DNA of 52,359 nucleotides. Source: a virus. Taxonomy: Duplodnaviria; Caudoviricetes. The notes below the pieces were generated by a model that worked only from the letters and a program-made list of their open reading frames with translations, ran no database searches and was not told the DNA's origin. Below are positions 37,738 through 46,262 of the stretch, piece by piece. The stretch's first letter is position 1. Each line of letters begins with the position of its first letter. The DNA is taken from positions 1 to 52,359 of IMG/VR virus record IMGVR_UViG_3300027365_000018; one strand, written 5' to 3'. The position numbers were made by a program, and so were the translations under genes.

Positions 37738-38340
37738 ATGCCCCGCATCACCCCCGAGAAGTCCGGTAGCCGCAACCTGTGCGCCTTCCTCGACATGATC
37801 GCCTATGCCGAGATCGGCGCGCGCATGCTTAACGACAGCGACGACGGCTACAACGTCCTGGTTGGCTCGCTGCCCGGCAAGATGCAGCTGTTCGACAGCT
37901 ATTCCGATCATCCGCGCAAGGTGATTCAGGTCAGCGCCAACCTGCGCTCGTCTGCTGCCGGTCGCTACCAGATCCTCAGTCGCTTCTGGGACCACTACAA
38001 ACGGCAGCTCGACCTGCCCGATTTCGGGCCGGTGAGCCAGGACCGCTACGCCATCCAGCAGATCCGCGAGCAGCGTGCTCTGGATGACGTGCACGCCGGA
38101 CGCTTCGACCGGGCCGTGGGCAAGGTGGCCAACATCTGGGCGAGCATGCCCGGCGCCGGCTATGGGCAGCACGAGCGCAAGCTCGACGAGCTTCGCCAGG
38201 CCTATATCGATGCCGGTGGCCGATTCGAGGGCGATACCGAGGAGCCGGCGCAAGACACAGAGCGCCCCGGCCAGCTGGATCGCATTGAAGCCAAGGTGGA
38301 TCAGCTGATTGCCCTGCAGCTGCGTGACGGAGGTGCCTGA
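37738..38340 (+). CDS. Endolysin, lambda R-type lytic transglycosylase
   Basis: AFLDMIAYAE..DDGYNVLVG..F.SYSDHPR..SSAAGRYQ.L...W..LPDF.P.SQD..IWAS.PGAGYGQHE. Confidence 0.92.
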   Translation: MPRITPEKSGSRNLCAFLDMIAYAEIGARMLNDSDDGYNVLVGSLPGKMQLFDSYSDHPRKVIQVSANLRSSAAGRYQILSRFWDHYKRQLDLPDFGPVSQDRYAIQQIREQRALDDVHAGRFDRAVGKVANIWASMPGAGYGQHERKLDELRQAYIDAGGRFEGDTEEPAQDTERPGQLDRIEAKVDQLIALQLRDGGA

Positions 38341-38645
38341 TGGCTGCCGAGGAGCGCAACGTGAAACCGTCAGTCTTCGAGCGCCATATGCAGACCGGAA
38401 TTCAAATCCTGCTGGTGGCGCTGATCATGTGGGCCGGGACCGAGCTGGTGAAGCTGGGCCAGCAGTCGATGGTCCTGGAAGAGCGCCTGACCAGTCAGGG
38501 GGCGCTGCTCAACGAGCTGCGCGCCGAGCTGCGGGAGTGGGGCGACCTCTACTATCGCCGCTCCGATGCCCAGCGCGACCTGGATGACATCGAGAACCGT
38601 ATCGACAGCCTGGACAGCCGCGTGTCGGCACTGGAGGGCAGGTAA
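38340..38645 (+). CDS. Single-TM coiled-coil protein in the lysis cassette
   Basis: N-terminal hydrophobic helix followed by heptad repeats. Confidence 0.6.
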   Translation: MAAEERNVKPSVFERHMQTGIQILLVALIMWAGTELVKLGQQSMVLEERLTSQGALLNELRAELREWGDLYYRRSDAQRDLDDIENRIDSLDSRVSALEGR

Positions 38646-39196
38646 TGGAGTGGCGTGATGTCGCAGAGACCGTGGGCAAGATCGCGCCGGCTGCTGGCGG
38701 TGCCCTTGGTGGTCCAGCGGGTGCTGCAGTTGGTGGTCTCCTCGCTCGTGCTCTGGGTGTGGCAGAGCAGCCAGAAGCGGTGGCGCAGGCGGTGCAGGCA
38801 GACCCCGAGGCGGCCGAGCGCCTCAAGCGCCTCGACCAGGAGCACGAACGGGAGATCCTGAGCCTGACCCTGCAGGCCGAGACTACCCGGATGACCGCGA
38901 TCAACAAGACGATGCGCGCCGAGCTGGGCAGCGACTCGGCATGGCGCGCCGGCTGGCGGCCGTTCAACGGTTGGATGCTGGCACTCAGCCTGGCCGCAGT
39001 GAACTTTGGCCTGGTTGCCGTGGTGCTGCGTGACCCGACGCAGCTGGCCCAGGTGGTGGACGTGCTGATCTGGTCCGTGGTCGCCCAGGGCGCCGTGCAG
39101 GGCGTGAACATCAAGCAGCGCTCCAACGACAAGGCTCGCCAGCTGGGGCAGGTCCCCGGCGGCTTCATGGACCTGGTCAAGGGCATCCGCAAGTAA
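38645..39196 (+). CDS. Putative holin (3TM-holin-like)
   Basis: APAAGGALGGPAGAAVG N-terminus, TMRAE..S...WRAGWRPFNGW, then hydrophobic helices. Confidence 0.7.
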   Translation: MEWRDVAETVGKIAPAAGGALGGPAGAAVGGLLARALGVAEQPEAVAQAVQADPEAAERLKRLDQEHEREILSLTLQAETTRMTAINKTMRAELGSDSAWRAGWRPFNGWMLALSLAAVNFGLVAVVLRDPTQLAQVVDVLIWSVVAQGAVQGVNIKQRSNDKARQLGQVPGGFMDLVKGIRK

Positions 39197-39210
39197 CCGA
39201 GGCTACTCCC

Positions 39211-39534
39211 ATGAGCGAAGTGTTCATCCACGCCGACGACTCGCCCCATCATGCCAAGCCCGAGGACGCCATCCCGCGCTACCAGAGCCACAAGGTGGTC
39301 AGGGCGCTGAAGATCGGCGTGATCCTCGAGACCGACCTCGATAGCGGCATCATGGTATTCGAGCCTGAGGACCAGACGCTGGGAATAGAGCGTGTCGAGA
39401 CCCGCCCGGGCTGGCTGGATCGCTACGCCCCCGATCTTGGGGCCGATGATCTTGGTTACTGGGTCCAGTACGAAGATGGCTTCTCGTCCTGGTCGCCAAC
39501 CGAAGCATTCGAGAGCGGCTATAGCCGCATCTGA
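39211..39534 (+). CDS. Conserved phage hypothetical protein
   Basis: PRYQSHKVVRALKI..GYWVQYEDGFSSWSPTEAFESGY. Confidence 0.7.
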   Translation: MSEVFIHADDSPHHAKPEDAIPRYQSHKVVRALKIGVILETDLDSGIMVFEPEDQTLGIERVETRPGWLDRYAPDLGADDLGYWVQYEDGFSSWSPTEAFESGYSRI

Positions 39535-39657
39535 CCGAATCCCCGAGGGGATAGGGCCACGCCGTGAGGCGCCGCCCGCCTTTTCAACCCGCGGCACGCC
39601 GTGAGGCGCCCGCACCCTACAACGGAGACGCCGCCCGTGAGGGCCGCGTAGACGACC

Positions 39658-40239
39658 ATGGCACACCGATACGACTGGGAGGCGATCGAGCTCGACTACC
39701 GCACCGGCCGATACAGCCTCGCGCAACTGTCCGAACGCCACGGCCCCAACCGAGCCTCGATCAGCAAGAAGGCGACCCGGGAGGGCTGGGCCAAGGATCT
39801 GACCGCGCCGGTGGCGCAGCGGACCCGCGAGAAGCTCAGCCGGCCGGAATCCGCGCCGCTCGACCTGCCAGAATCTGACGTGATCGAGCAGGTGGCGAGC
39901 GAGAACGCCGACATTGCGCGTGGCCATCGTCGCCTGCTGGGCAACTACCGCAAGATTGCCGACCGGTTCATCACCCAGCTCGGCGACCAACTCGACCGCG
40001 GCAAGCGAGAAGTGCAGCTCGCCAACGGCGACGTCATGGAGATCGATCTCGACCTCGAGTACATCGGCAAGTGCATGGGCCACGGCACCCAGGCGCTGGA
40101 GCGGGTCATCAAGATGGAGCGTCAGAGCTACCGGCTGGATGCCGAGGAGGGCGACGAGCCGCCGGAGCGCAACCTGAGTGACGACGAGATCGAACAGCGC
40201 ATCGAGGCGCTGCAGCGGAAGGCGGGGCGGAATGCGTGA
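39658..40239 (+). CDS. terS: Terminase small subunit
   Basis: N-terminal HTH DWEAIE.DYR.G..S..I.KKA.REGW; overlaps the terL start. Confidence 0.8.
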   Translation: MAHRYDWEAIELDYRTGRYSLAQLSERHGPNRASISKKATREGWAKDLTAPVAQRTREKLSRPESAPLDLPESDVIEQVASENADIARGHRRLLGNYRKIADRFITQLGDQLDRGKREVQLANGDVMEIDLDLEYIGKCMGHGTQALERVIKMERQSYRLDAEEGDEPPERNLSDDEIEQRIEALQRKAGRNA

Positions 40240-41903
40240 CGCTCACCACCGCCGAGAAGCGCGCCTACCTGGCGCTGCTTGAAGAGCAGGAGCGCCGCCG
40301 CCGCTACAACCTGATCGACCAGCTATTCCCCGAAGACGGCACCCTCAGCCGCCACAACTACGCCAAGCACCTCGAGTTCTTCCGCGCCGGGGCTATCCAC
40401 AAGGAACGGCTGTTCATGGCCGGCAACCGTTGCGTCACGCCATGGACATTCATTGAAACGGCGTCTGGTTCGGCCCGCGCCGCAGAAGCGCTGTTCGGCT
40501 GTGCTGGTAATCTTCGGGCGTGGGCTGATGGATCTGAACGTGATGTTCGACCTGTAGACGCACACCTGGTGGGCATTGAGCCAGCGTTTCGCGTGGTTCT
40601 GGACAGCGGTCGGTTTTTCGATTGCTCCCGTAAGCACCGGGTATTGACCGACGAGGGGTGGCTTTCTCTCGACCAGTTAGTGTCGCGCGCAGATGGTCTG
40701 CATTGGTCGCATACAGCTGGAGGTTATCAGGCCAGTTGTGTCGCGGGTGGTTATCTCGATGATCGACCACTTCCTCCGTGGTCAGATAGCGCCCAAGGAC
40801 AACTTCCATCACCAAGCGGTGCTCGAACACATAGCCGCTTGGCGCTTTCGCGTGAGGATGCAGAGGCGCGAACACCTCGACATATCCGTGTTTGTCAACG
40901 CGGCGGCCACCCCGCCAGCTTTGATGACCGTCACCGTGTCGAGGCCCTGTCCGAGCCGTTTTCAGCTGCAGCGACCGACAGCGACGTTCTACCGCTGACC
41001 TGGACACACCGAGCGTTTCGGCAGCTTGCGCTTGCGTCAGATGCTCAACCTCAATCAGGTGGCGAAGCTCGACATCATCAAGCCGCTTCGCATGTAGACG
41101 GCCTGCCGGGTTCGCTATTCCACGTCGCCGCAGGTAGGCCTGCAGGGATGCCCGGGTCAGACCCAGAGAATCAGCGATCCGATAGGTCGGCTCGCCTGTT
41201 TCAATGCGTTGACGTATTTCCGGGAAGTGCTGGTCGATTGGGGATTTTCTACCCATCACGTATTCCTCGACTGGTAGGTGGAGAAACAATAGCGGCAATA
41301 GTTCCCATTGGTTTCCAGCCAATAATAGACGCTCATGTTCCCGGCCTCAACAACTACCGGGCAGCGGGCGTCTATCACCACAACTGCGGGAAAACCATCG
41401 CTGGCGGCGCTGAAATCGCCTACCACATGACTGGCCGCTACCCAGAGTGGTGGGAAGGCAGGCGGTTTGACCGCCCGATCAACGCCCTGGCCGCCGGGGA
41501 CACCAGCCAGACCACGCGCGACATCATCCAGAAGAAGCTGCTGGGAGGGCTGTGGGATACCGAGGAGTTCGGCACCGGCCTGATCCCCCGTGCGCTGCTG
41601 GGCAAGCCGACGCCTGCCCGGGGCGTGGCCAATCTCTACGAGGAAATCAGCGTAAAGCACGCCTCCGGCGGCTGGTCCCGGCTGATGCTTCGCAGCTACG
41701 ACCAGGGCCGGCGCATCTTCCAGGGCACCGAGCAGGACGTGGTGTGGCTGGACGAAGAAGTCCCGAAGGACGTCTATGACGAGGCGCTGATCCGCACCAT
41801 GACGACCCACGGCATCGTGATCATGACGTTCACGCCGCTCTCGGGCCTGACCGAGCTGGTGGTGTCGTTCCTCGAGTCGAAACACGAACAGGAGTCGGTA
41901 TGA
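40236..41903 (+). CDS. terL: Terminase large subunit, ATPase part (P22-like), containing an intein
   Basis: ERLFMAGNR|intein|CGKT Walker A, TGRYPEWWEGRRF, Walker B VWLDEE, MTFTP; 237 aa after splicing. Confidence 0.9.
   Translation: MTLTTAEKRAYLALLEEQERRRRYNLIDQLFPEDGTLSRHNYAKHLEFFRAGAIHKERLFMAGNRCVTPWTFIETASGSARAAEALFGCAGNLRAWADGSERDVRPVDAHLVGIEPAFRVVLDSGRFFDCSRKHRVLTDEGWLSLDQLVSRADGLHWSHTAGGYQASCVAGGYLDDRPLPPWSDSAQGQLPSPSGARTHSRLALSREDAEARTPRHIRVCQRGGHPASFDDRHRVEALSEPFSAAATDSDVLPLTWTHRAFRQLALASDAQPQSGGEARHHQAASHVDGLPGSLFHVAAGRPAGMPGSDPENQRSDRSARLFQCVDVFPGSAGRLGIFYPSRIPRLVGGETIAAIVPIGFQPIIDAHVPGLNNYRAAGVYHHNCGKTIAGGAEIAYHMTGRYPEWWEGRRFDRPINALAAGDTSQTTRDIIQKKLLGGLWDTEEFGTGLIPRALLGKPTPARGVANLYEEISVKHASGGWSRLMLRSYDQGRRIFQGTEQDVVWLDEEVPKDVYDEALIRTMTTHGIVIMTFTPLSGLTELVVSFLESKHEQESV
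40431..41384 (+). mobile_element. Intein 1 (318 aa) in the TerL Walker A motif
   Basis: Starts CVTPWT, block-B-like CSRKHRVLT, ends GVYHHN followed by Cys+1. Removing it restores AGNRCGKT. Confidence 0.9.
40450..41256 (-). CDS. HTH-HNH homing endonuclease encoded antisense within intein 1
   Basis: GAGGA RBS 7 nt before ATG at 41256; two HTH-like segments; WRGGR..GYV..HP.A..GYVFEHRLVME..LGRYL...EVVDHRD....HN...NL. Confidence 0.85.
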   Translation of the reverse strand: MGRKSPIDQHFPEIRQRIETGEPTYRIADSLGLTRASLQAYLRRRGIANPAGRLHAKRLDDVELRHLIEVEHLTQAQAAETLGVSRSAVERRCRSLQLKTARTGPRHGDGHQSWRGGRRVDKHGYVEVFAPLHPHAKAPSGYVFEHRLVMEVVLGRYLTTEEVVDHRDNHPRHNWPDNLQLYATNADHLRATLTGREKATPRRSIPGAYGSNRKTDRCPEPRETLAQCPPGVRLQVEHHVQIHQPTPEDYQHSRTALLRRGPNQTPFQ

Positions 41904-42187
41904 CCGCCCATCCCATCCCCGCCGATGTCGGCGCTGCGATCGCCGAAGGCCTGGCCGAGATCCAGCGCGACGCCAAGCGTGCAATCTCCCGCATCGAGAT
42001 GCCGCCGGCCTCTGCCGCCTACGTGGGCCGCACCACCAGCATGGCCAAGCGCCTCGCCGATACCGTGCGTGCCCGAGGCATCCAGTCCGGCACGCTGGCC
42101 CTGCGCATCGCCCGTCAGGTGGACCCGCACATCAGGCCCGGGCAGCGCATGGTGATCGCCGGGGCCGAGTTCACGGTGGCCGAATGA
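41900..42187 (+). CDS. Hypothetical 95-aa protein between the two terL halves
   Basis: ATGA overlaps with both flanking terL genes; AGGAG RBS. Confidence 0.65.
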   Translation: MTAHPIPADVGAAIAEGLAEIQRDAKRAISRIEMPPASAAYVGRTTSMAKRLADTVRARGIQSGTLALRIARQVDPHIRPGQRMVIAGAEFTVAE

Positions 42188-43869
42188 GCCGCTATGTCGT
42201 GCAAGCCGGTTGGCGAGACGCCCCACACCTCAGCCAGCAGGACATCGACGACATGAGCCGCTCGATCTCGCCGCATCAGCTCAAGGCGCGCATGGACGGC
42301 ACGCCCACCCTGGGCGCCGGGGCCATCTACCCGGTGCCGGAGGAGGACATCGTCGTCGAACCGTTCCAGATTCCCGAGTGGTGGCCGCGGCTGTATGGCC
42401 TCGACGTCGGCTGGAACAAGACCGCCGCCATCTGGGGCGCGCTGGACCGCGACACCGACACGCTCTACCTGAACAGCGAGCACTACCGGGGCCAGGCCGA
42501 GGCCGCCGTGCACGCCAAGGCAATAAGGATGCGCGGCGAGTGGATGCCCGGCGTCATCGACTCTGCCGCCCGGGGCCGCAGTCAGGTGGACGGCAAGAGC
42601 CTGTTTTCGCTGTACGAGGACGAGGGGCTGCACCTGCACAACGCCAACAAGGCCGTCGAGGCCGGGTTGATGGCGGTGCTCGAGCGGCTCAGTACCGGCC
42701 GGCTCAAGGTGTTCTCCACCCTGCAGCACTGGCTCGGCGAATACCGCCTGTACCGGCGCGACGAGAAGGGCCGCGTCGTGAAGGAAAACGACCACTGCCT
42801 GCACCCCGATACGCAAGTCATCACCCGGCAGGGGAGACAACGTATTTCTGACCTCGTTGGGTCAACTGGCGAGGTATTGACGCAGGGTGGGCGATGGACT
42901 TCGTATCGGAACTGCCGGATGACAGCGCGAAACGAGAAGGTCGTTACTGTGTCGTTCGAGGACGGGAGCCGGGTGACTTGCACGCCAGATCATCGCTTCT
43001 TGACGCCTGATGGGTGGGTGGAGGCGCGCGATATGGCTGGCCTGGAATGCTATAATGCAGTAACGCAAAGCATCCATGAGAGCCAGCCATGCAAGTCACC
43101 ATCATCTCCGACACCATCCAAGAGTTTGAAGGGCGGCGTTATTACCTGTGCGGCGCTTATTTCCAGAGCGATGGTGTCCGGCTACACCGCCAGGTATGGG
43201 AGCGCGCGAATGGAAAAGTGGTGCCGGAGGGTTTCCATGTACACCACAAGGATCATGACCGCAGCAACAACCAGCCGGGCAATCTCGAGCTGGTGTCAGC
43301 GTCTGACCACATGCGGCACCACCATGAAGGGCATGATCGGGGCGTTCCTGCAGAGGCAATCGAGGCTGCCAGGGCTTGGCATGGCAGTGACGCCGGGCGC
43401 GACTGGCATCGCCAGCATTACGAGCGAACCAAGGGCAAGCTCCACGTGCGCCGATCCTTCGTCTGTGAGCAGTGCGGCACCGAGTTCACGGCTCTGGATC
43501 GAGGCATCAACAGGTTCTGCTCCAATAGCTGCAAGACCAAATGGCGGAAAGAGGCGGGGCTGGATGACGAGGTTCGTCAGTGCGTTGAGTGCAAGGCGGA
43601 GTTCACGGCCAACAAGTATTCCCGCAAGCAAACATGCAGCCGCAAGTGCGGTGGTGCGCTGTCTGGGCGTAAGCGACGCCGGGAGGAGTGATGTCTACTG
43701 CCTGACGGTGCCTGAAACGGCCGCCTTTGCCGTGGAAGGCGGCGTGGTTGTTCACAACTGCATGGACGCCACCCGTTATCTGGTCATGGGGCTGCAGCAC
43801 GCCACCACGCGACCCATCGAACGCCATGCCACATCGGCCCGCCCGGGCGATCTGACGACAGGATACTGA
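42184..43869 (+). CDS. terL: Terminase large subunit, nuclease part, containing an intein
   Basis: GWRDAPHL..AR.DG.PTLG.GAIY, GLDVGWN, EYRLYRRDEKG.VVKENDH|intein|CMDATRY; 240 aa after splicing. Confidence 0.9.
   Translation: MSRYVVQAGWRDAPHLSQQDIDDMSRSISPHQLKARMDGTPTLGAGAIYPVPEEDIVVEPFQIPEWWPRLYGLDVGWNKTAAIWGALDRDTDTLYLNSEHYRGQAEAAVHAKAIRMRGEWMPGVIDSAARGRSQVDGKSLFSLYEDEGLHLHNANKAVEAGLMAVLERLSTGRLKVFSTLQHWLGEYRLYRRDEKGRVVKENDHCLHPDTQVITRQGRQRISDLVGSTGEVLTQGGRWTSYRNCRMTARNEKVVTVSFEDGSRVTCTPDHRFLTPDGWVEARDMAGLECYNAVTQSIHESQPCKSPSSPTPSKSLKGGVITCAALISRAMVSGYTARYGSARMEKWCRRVSMYTTRIMTAATTSRAISSWCQRLTTCGTTMKGMIGAFLQRQSRLPGLGMAVTPGATGIASITSEPRASSTCADPSSVSSAAPSSRLWIEASTGSAPIAARPNGGKRRGWMTRFVSALSARRSSRPTSIPASKHAAASAVVRCLGVSDAGRSDVYCLTVPETAAFAVEGGVVVHNCMDATRYLVMGLQHATTRPIERHATSARPGDLTTGY
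42796..43758 (+). mobile_element. Intein 2 (321 aa) in the TerL nuclease DH-xx-DA-x-RY motif
   Basis: Starts CLHPDTQV, block B CTPDHRFLT, block F DVYCLTV, ends VVVHN followed by Cys+1. Confidence 0.93.
43089..43691 (+). CDS. HNH homing endonuclease with zinc-ribbon repeats, in an alternate frame within intein 2
   Basis: LHRQVWE..G..PEGFHVHHKD.DRSNN...NLEL....H; CEQC..FCS..C and CVEC..CSRKC; offset +2 from the terL frame. Confidence 0.88.
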   Translation: MQVTIISDTIQEFEGRRYYLCGAYFQSDGVRLHRQVWERANGKVVPEGFHVHHKDHDRSNNQPGNLELVSASDHMRHHHEGHDRGVPAEAIEAARAWHGSDAGRDWHRQHYERTKGKLHVRRSFVCEQCGTEFTALDRGINRFCSNSCKTKWRKEAGLDDEVRQCVECKAEFTANKYSRKQTCSRKCGGALSGRKRRREE

Positions 43870-43870
43870 G

Positions 43871-46006
43871 ATGCACGACGACGCGACTGTCGAGATGACA
43901 GACGACATCGAGGCGCAGGAAGCCGAGCGCCAGGCGCTTGAGGAGAAGCTCTCCGGCCTCGGCGGCAAGCTTCAGAACCTCGCCCAGGAGCAGGTCGCCA
44001 AGCGGCAGATGGTCGAGCAGCGCTGGTTGGAGGATCTGCGCCAGTACCACGGCGAGTACACCGCCGACGAGAAGTCGCGGATGCAGGCCAACGGCAGCTC
44101 GCAGGTCTACGTCAACATCACCCGCAACAAGACCCGCGCCGGGCAGTCCCGCCTGGCCGACATGCTACTGCCCAACGATGACCGCAACTGGGGCATCAAG
44201 CCCACCCCCGAGCCGCAGATGTCCGCACTGGGCACGGATGACGACCCCGAGGAACAGCGCGAGAAGGCCGACGACGCCGCCCGGGGCATGCAGCGCGCCA
44301 TCGAGGACGATTTCACCGAGGCCCGCTACAACTCGAAGATGCGCGACATCATCGGCGACGTGGCGCAGCTCGGCACCGGCATCGTCAAGGGGCCGATCGT
44401 CGTCAACCGTCAGCGCCGCGCCTGGCGTCGCGATCCGGAATCCGGCTATCCGGTGCTGGAGATCGTTGACGAGTTCCGCGCCGGCCTCGAGCGTGTCGAT
44501 CCCTGGGACTTCTTCCCCGACATGAGCTCGGCCAGCATGGAAGAGGCCGAGTTCGTCTTCGAGCGCAAGCTGCTCAACAAGAAGCAGCTGCGCGAACTGG
44601 CCAACCTGCCCGGCGTGATCGACGGTCAGCTTCGCAAGGTCCTCGAGATGGACAGCGAGGGCCACAAGATCAGCCAGGATTACCGCGACCAGATCCGCGC
44701 CATCACCGGCGTGGACACCGTCACCAACAAGGGGCGCTGGGAGCTGTGGGAATACTGGGGCCCGCTCGACAAGGACGAGCTGCGCGCCTGTGGCTGCGAG
44801 GTCGAGGACGACCCGCTGACCGAGTACAACGGCTGCGTGCTGTTCGTCGGCGAGCATGTCATCAAAGCGGCGATCAACCCGCTGGACAGCGGCGATCTGC
44901 CGTACAGCGTGTCGAACTGGGAGGAGGACAACTCCTCGATCTTCGGCTTCGGCATCCCGTACCTGATGCGCGACCCGCAGAAGGTGGCGGCCAGCGCCTG
45001 GCGGATGATCATGGACAACGCCGGGCTGACCGCCGGGCCCCAGGTCGTGGTCAACCGCAAGGCTGTGAAGCCGGTTGACGGCGACTGGAGGCTGTCACCG
45101 CGCAAGGTGTGGGAATACACCGGCGACGGTCCCATCAACGGCGCCTTCTACGCCTACAACATCACCTCGAACCAGGGCGATCTGTCCAGCATCTTCCAGG
45201 CCGCCCAGCAGCTCGCCGACACCCAGACCAACCTGCCGATCATCCTCCAGGGCGAAGGCGTCAGCGGCGGCCCCGGCTCGCAGACCGCGACCGGCATGCA
45301 GATGCTGATGAACAACTCCAACATCGTGCTGCGCAGCGCGGTGAAGAGCTTCGACGACGGCATCACCGAGCCGCTCGTGCGCCGGTTCTACGACTGGCAC
45401 ATGGCCTATGACGAGAACGACGAGCACAAGGGCGATTTTAGCGTCGTCGCCCGCGGCTCCAGCGTGCTGATCGCCCGGCAGGAACAGCAGGACAAGCTGC
45501 TCGCCCTGGCCCAGGTCGCCGCCAGCAATCCCGAGTTCGCCCGCTCCACCGAGTGGCAGGGCCTGTACCGCGAAATCGTGCGCTCGATGTCCGTGCCCGC
45601 CGAGAACGTACTCAAGGACGAAGAGACGGTCGAGCAGGAAGCCGAGCAGCAGGGCCAGCAGATGCCACCGGAACTGCAGCTCAAGATGGCCGAGCAGCAG
45701 CTCAAGCAAGAGCAGTTCCAGTTCGAGCAGCAGAAGACCCAGTGGGAATTCCAGCTCAAGCAGCGGGAGCAGCAGTTCGACCAGCAGTACAAGGCCGCCG
45801 AGCTCGAGCAGGAGCGCGAGATCAAGCTGGCCGACCTGGCCCTCAAGCGCGAGATGACCCTCGAGCAGCTCAAGGTCAAGCTCGGCATCGAGACGGCCAA
45901 TATCCAGACCGAGCGCGAGACCACCGCCGCCAACCTGCTCGACAGCCAGAACCGCCGGCAGGCGAAGGAACAGAACATGGGCATGGGGTACGACAGCTAT
46001 GGCTGA
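43871..46006 (+). CDS. Portal protein
   Basis: 711 aa directly after terL; VYVNITRNK, VDPWDFFPD, FGFGIP.LMRD.Q, TATG..ML; C-terminal coiled coil. Confidence 0.88.
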   Translation: MHDDATVEMTDDIEAQEAERQALEEKLSGLGGKLQNLAQEQVAKRQMVEQRWLEDLRQYHGEYTADEKSRMQANGSSQVYVNITRNKTRAGQSRLADMLLPNDDRNWGIKPTPEPQMSALGTDDDPEEQREKADDAARGMQRAIEDDFTEARYNSKMRDIIGDVAQLGTGIVKGPIVVNRQRRAWRRDPESGYPVLEIVDEFRAGLERVDPWDFFPDMSSASMEEAEFVFERKLLNKKQLRELANLPGVIDGQLRKVLEMDSEGHKISQDYRDQIRAITGVDTVTNKGRWELWEYWGPLDKDELRACGCEVEDDPLTEYNGCVLFVGEHVIKAAINPLDSGDLPYSVSNWEEDNSSIFGFGIPYLMRDPQKVAASAWRMIMDNAGLTAGPQVVVNRKAVKPVDGDWRLSPRKVWEYTGDGPINGAFYAYNITSNQGDLSSIFQAAQQLADTQTNLPIILQGEGVSGGPGSQTATGMQMLMNNSNIVLRSAVKSFDDGITEPLVRRFYDWHMAYDENDEHKGDFSVVARGSSVLIARQEQQDKLLALAQVAASNPEFARSTEWQGLYREIVRSMSVPAENVLKDEETVEQEAEQQGQQMPPELQLKMAEQQLKQEQFQFEQQKTQWEFQLKQREQQFDQQYKAAELEQEREIKLADLALKREMTLEQLKVKLGIETANIQTERETTAANLLDSQNRRQAKEQNMGMGYDSYG

Positions 46007-46199
46007 CATCGATCGCCACAGCGCCACCTGGCGCGCCCTCGAGGCCGAGCTGCACAAGCGCCGTCAGGACGCCCTCGACGCCCTGATCGCCGGCGGCGGC
46101 AACGACGACAAGCGCCGCGGCGAGATCGGGCTGATCGACGAGCTGCTCGAACTGGGCAAGGCCAACGACGAGCCACCTCCGCCACCCGTCACCTACTGA
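45999..46199 (+). CDS. Small hypothetical protein after the portal
   Basis: 66 aa, overlaps the portal stop, RGEI..I.ELL.L motif. Confidence 0.65.
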   Translation: MADIDRHSATWRALEAELHKRRQDALDALIAGGGNDDKRRGEIGLIDELLELGKANDEPPPPPVTY

Positions 46200-46262
46200 T
46201 TCCACCACAGGCCTGCCATCGTGCGGGCCTTTCTGTAACGAGCCGATCGGGAGATCCGCTAC

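Noticed and set aside
39560-39644. CRISPR-like or Racr-like repeats (CACGCCGTGAGGCGCC)
   Set aside because: Units are too short, irregularly spaced and resemble no CRISPR repeat I recognise; they are treated as tetraloop hairpins instead.
41900-42187. terL pseudogene, or split intein joining the two halves
   Set aside because: Both halves keep their catalytic motifs and coupled start/stop overlaps. Each intein is complete in cis, and no intein fragments flank the split.
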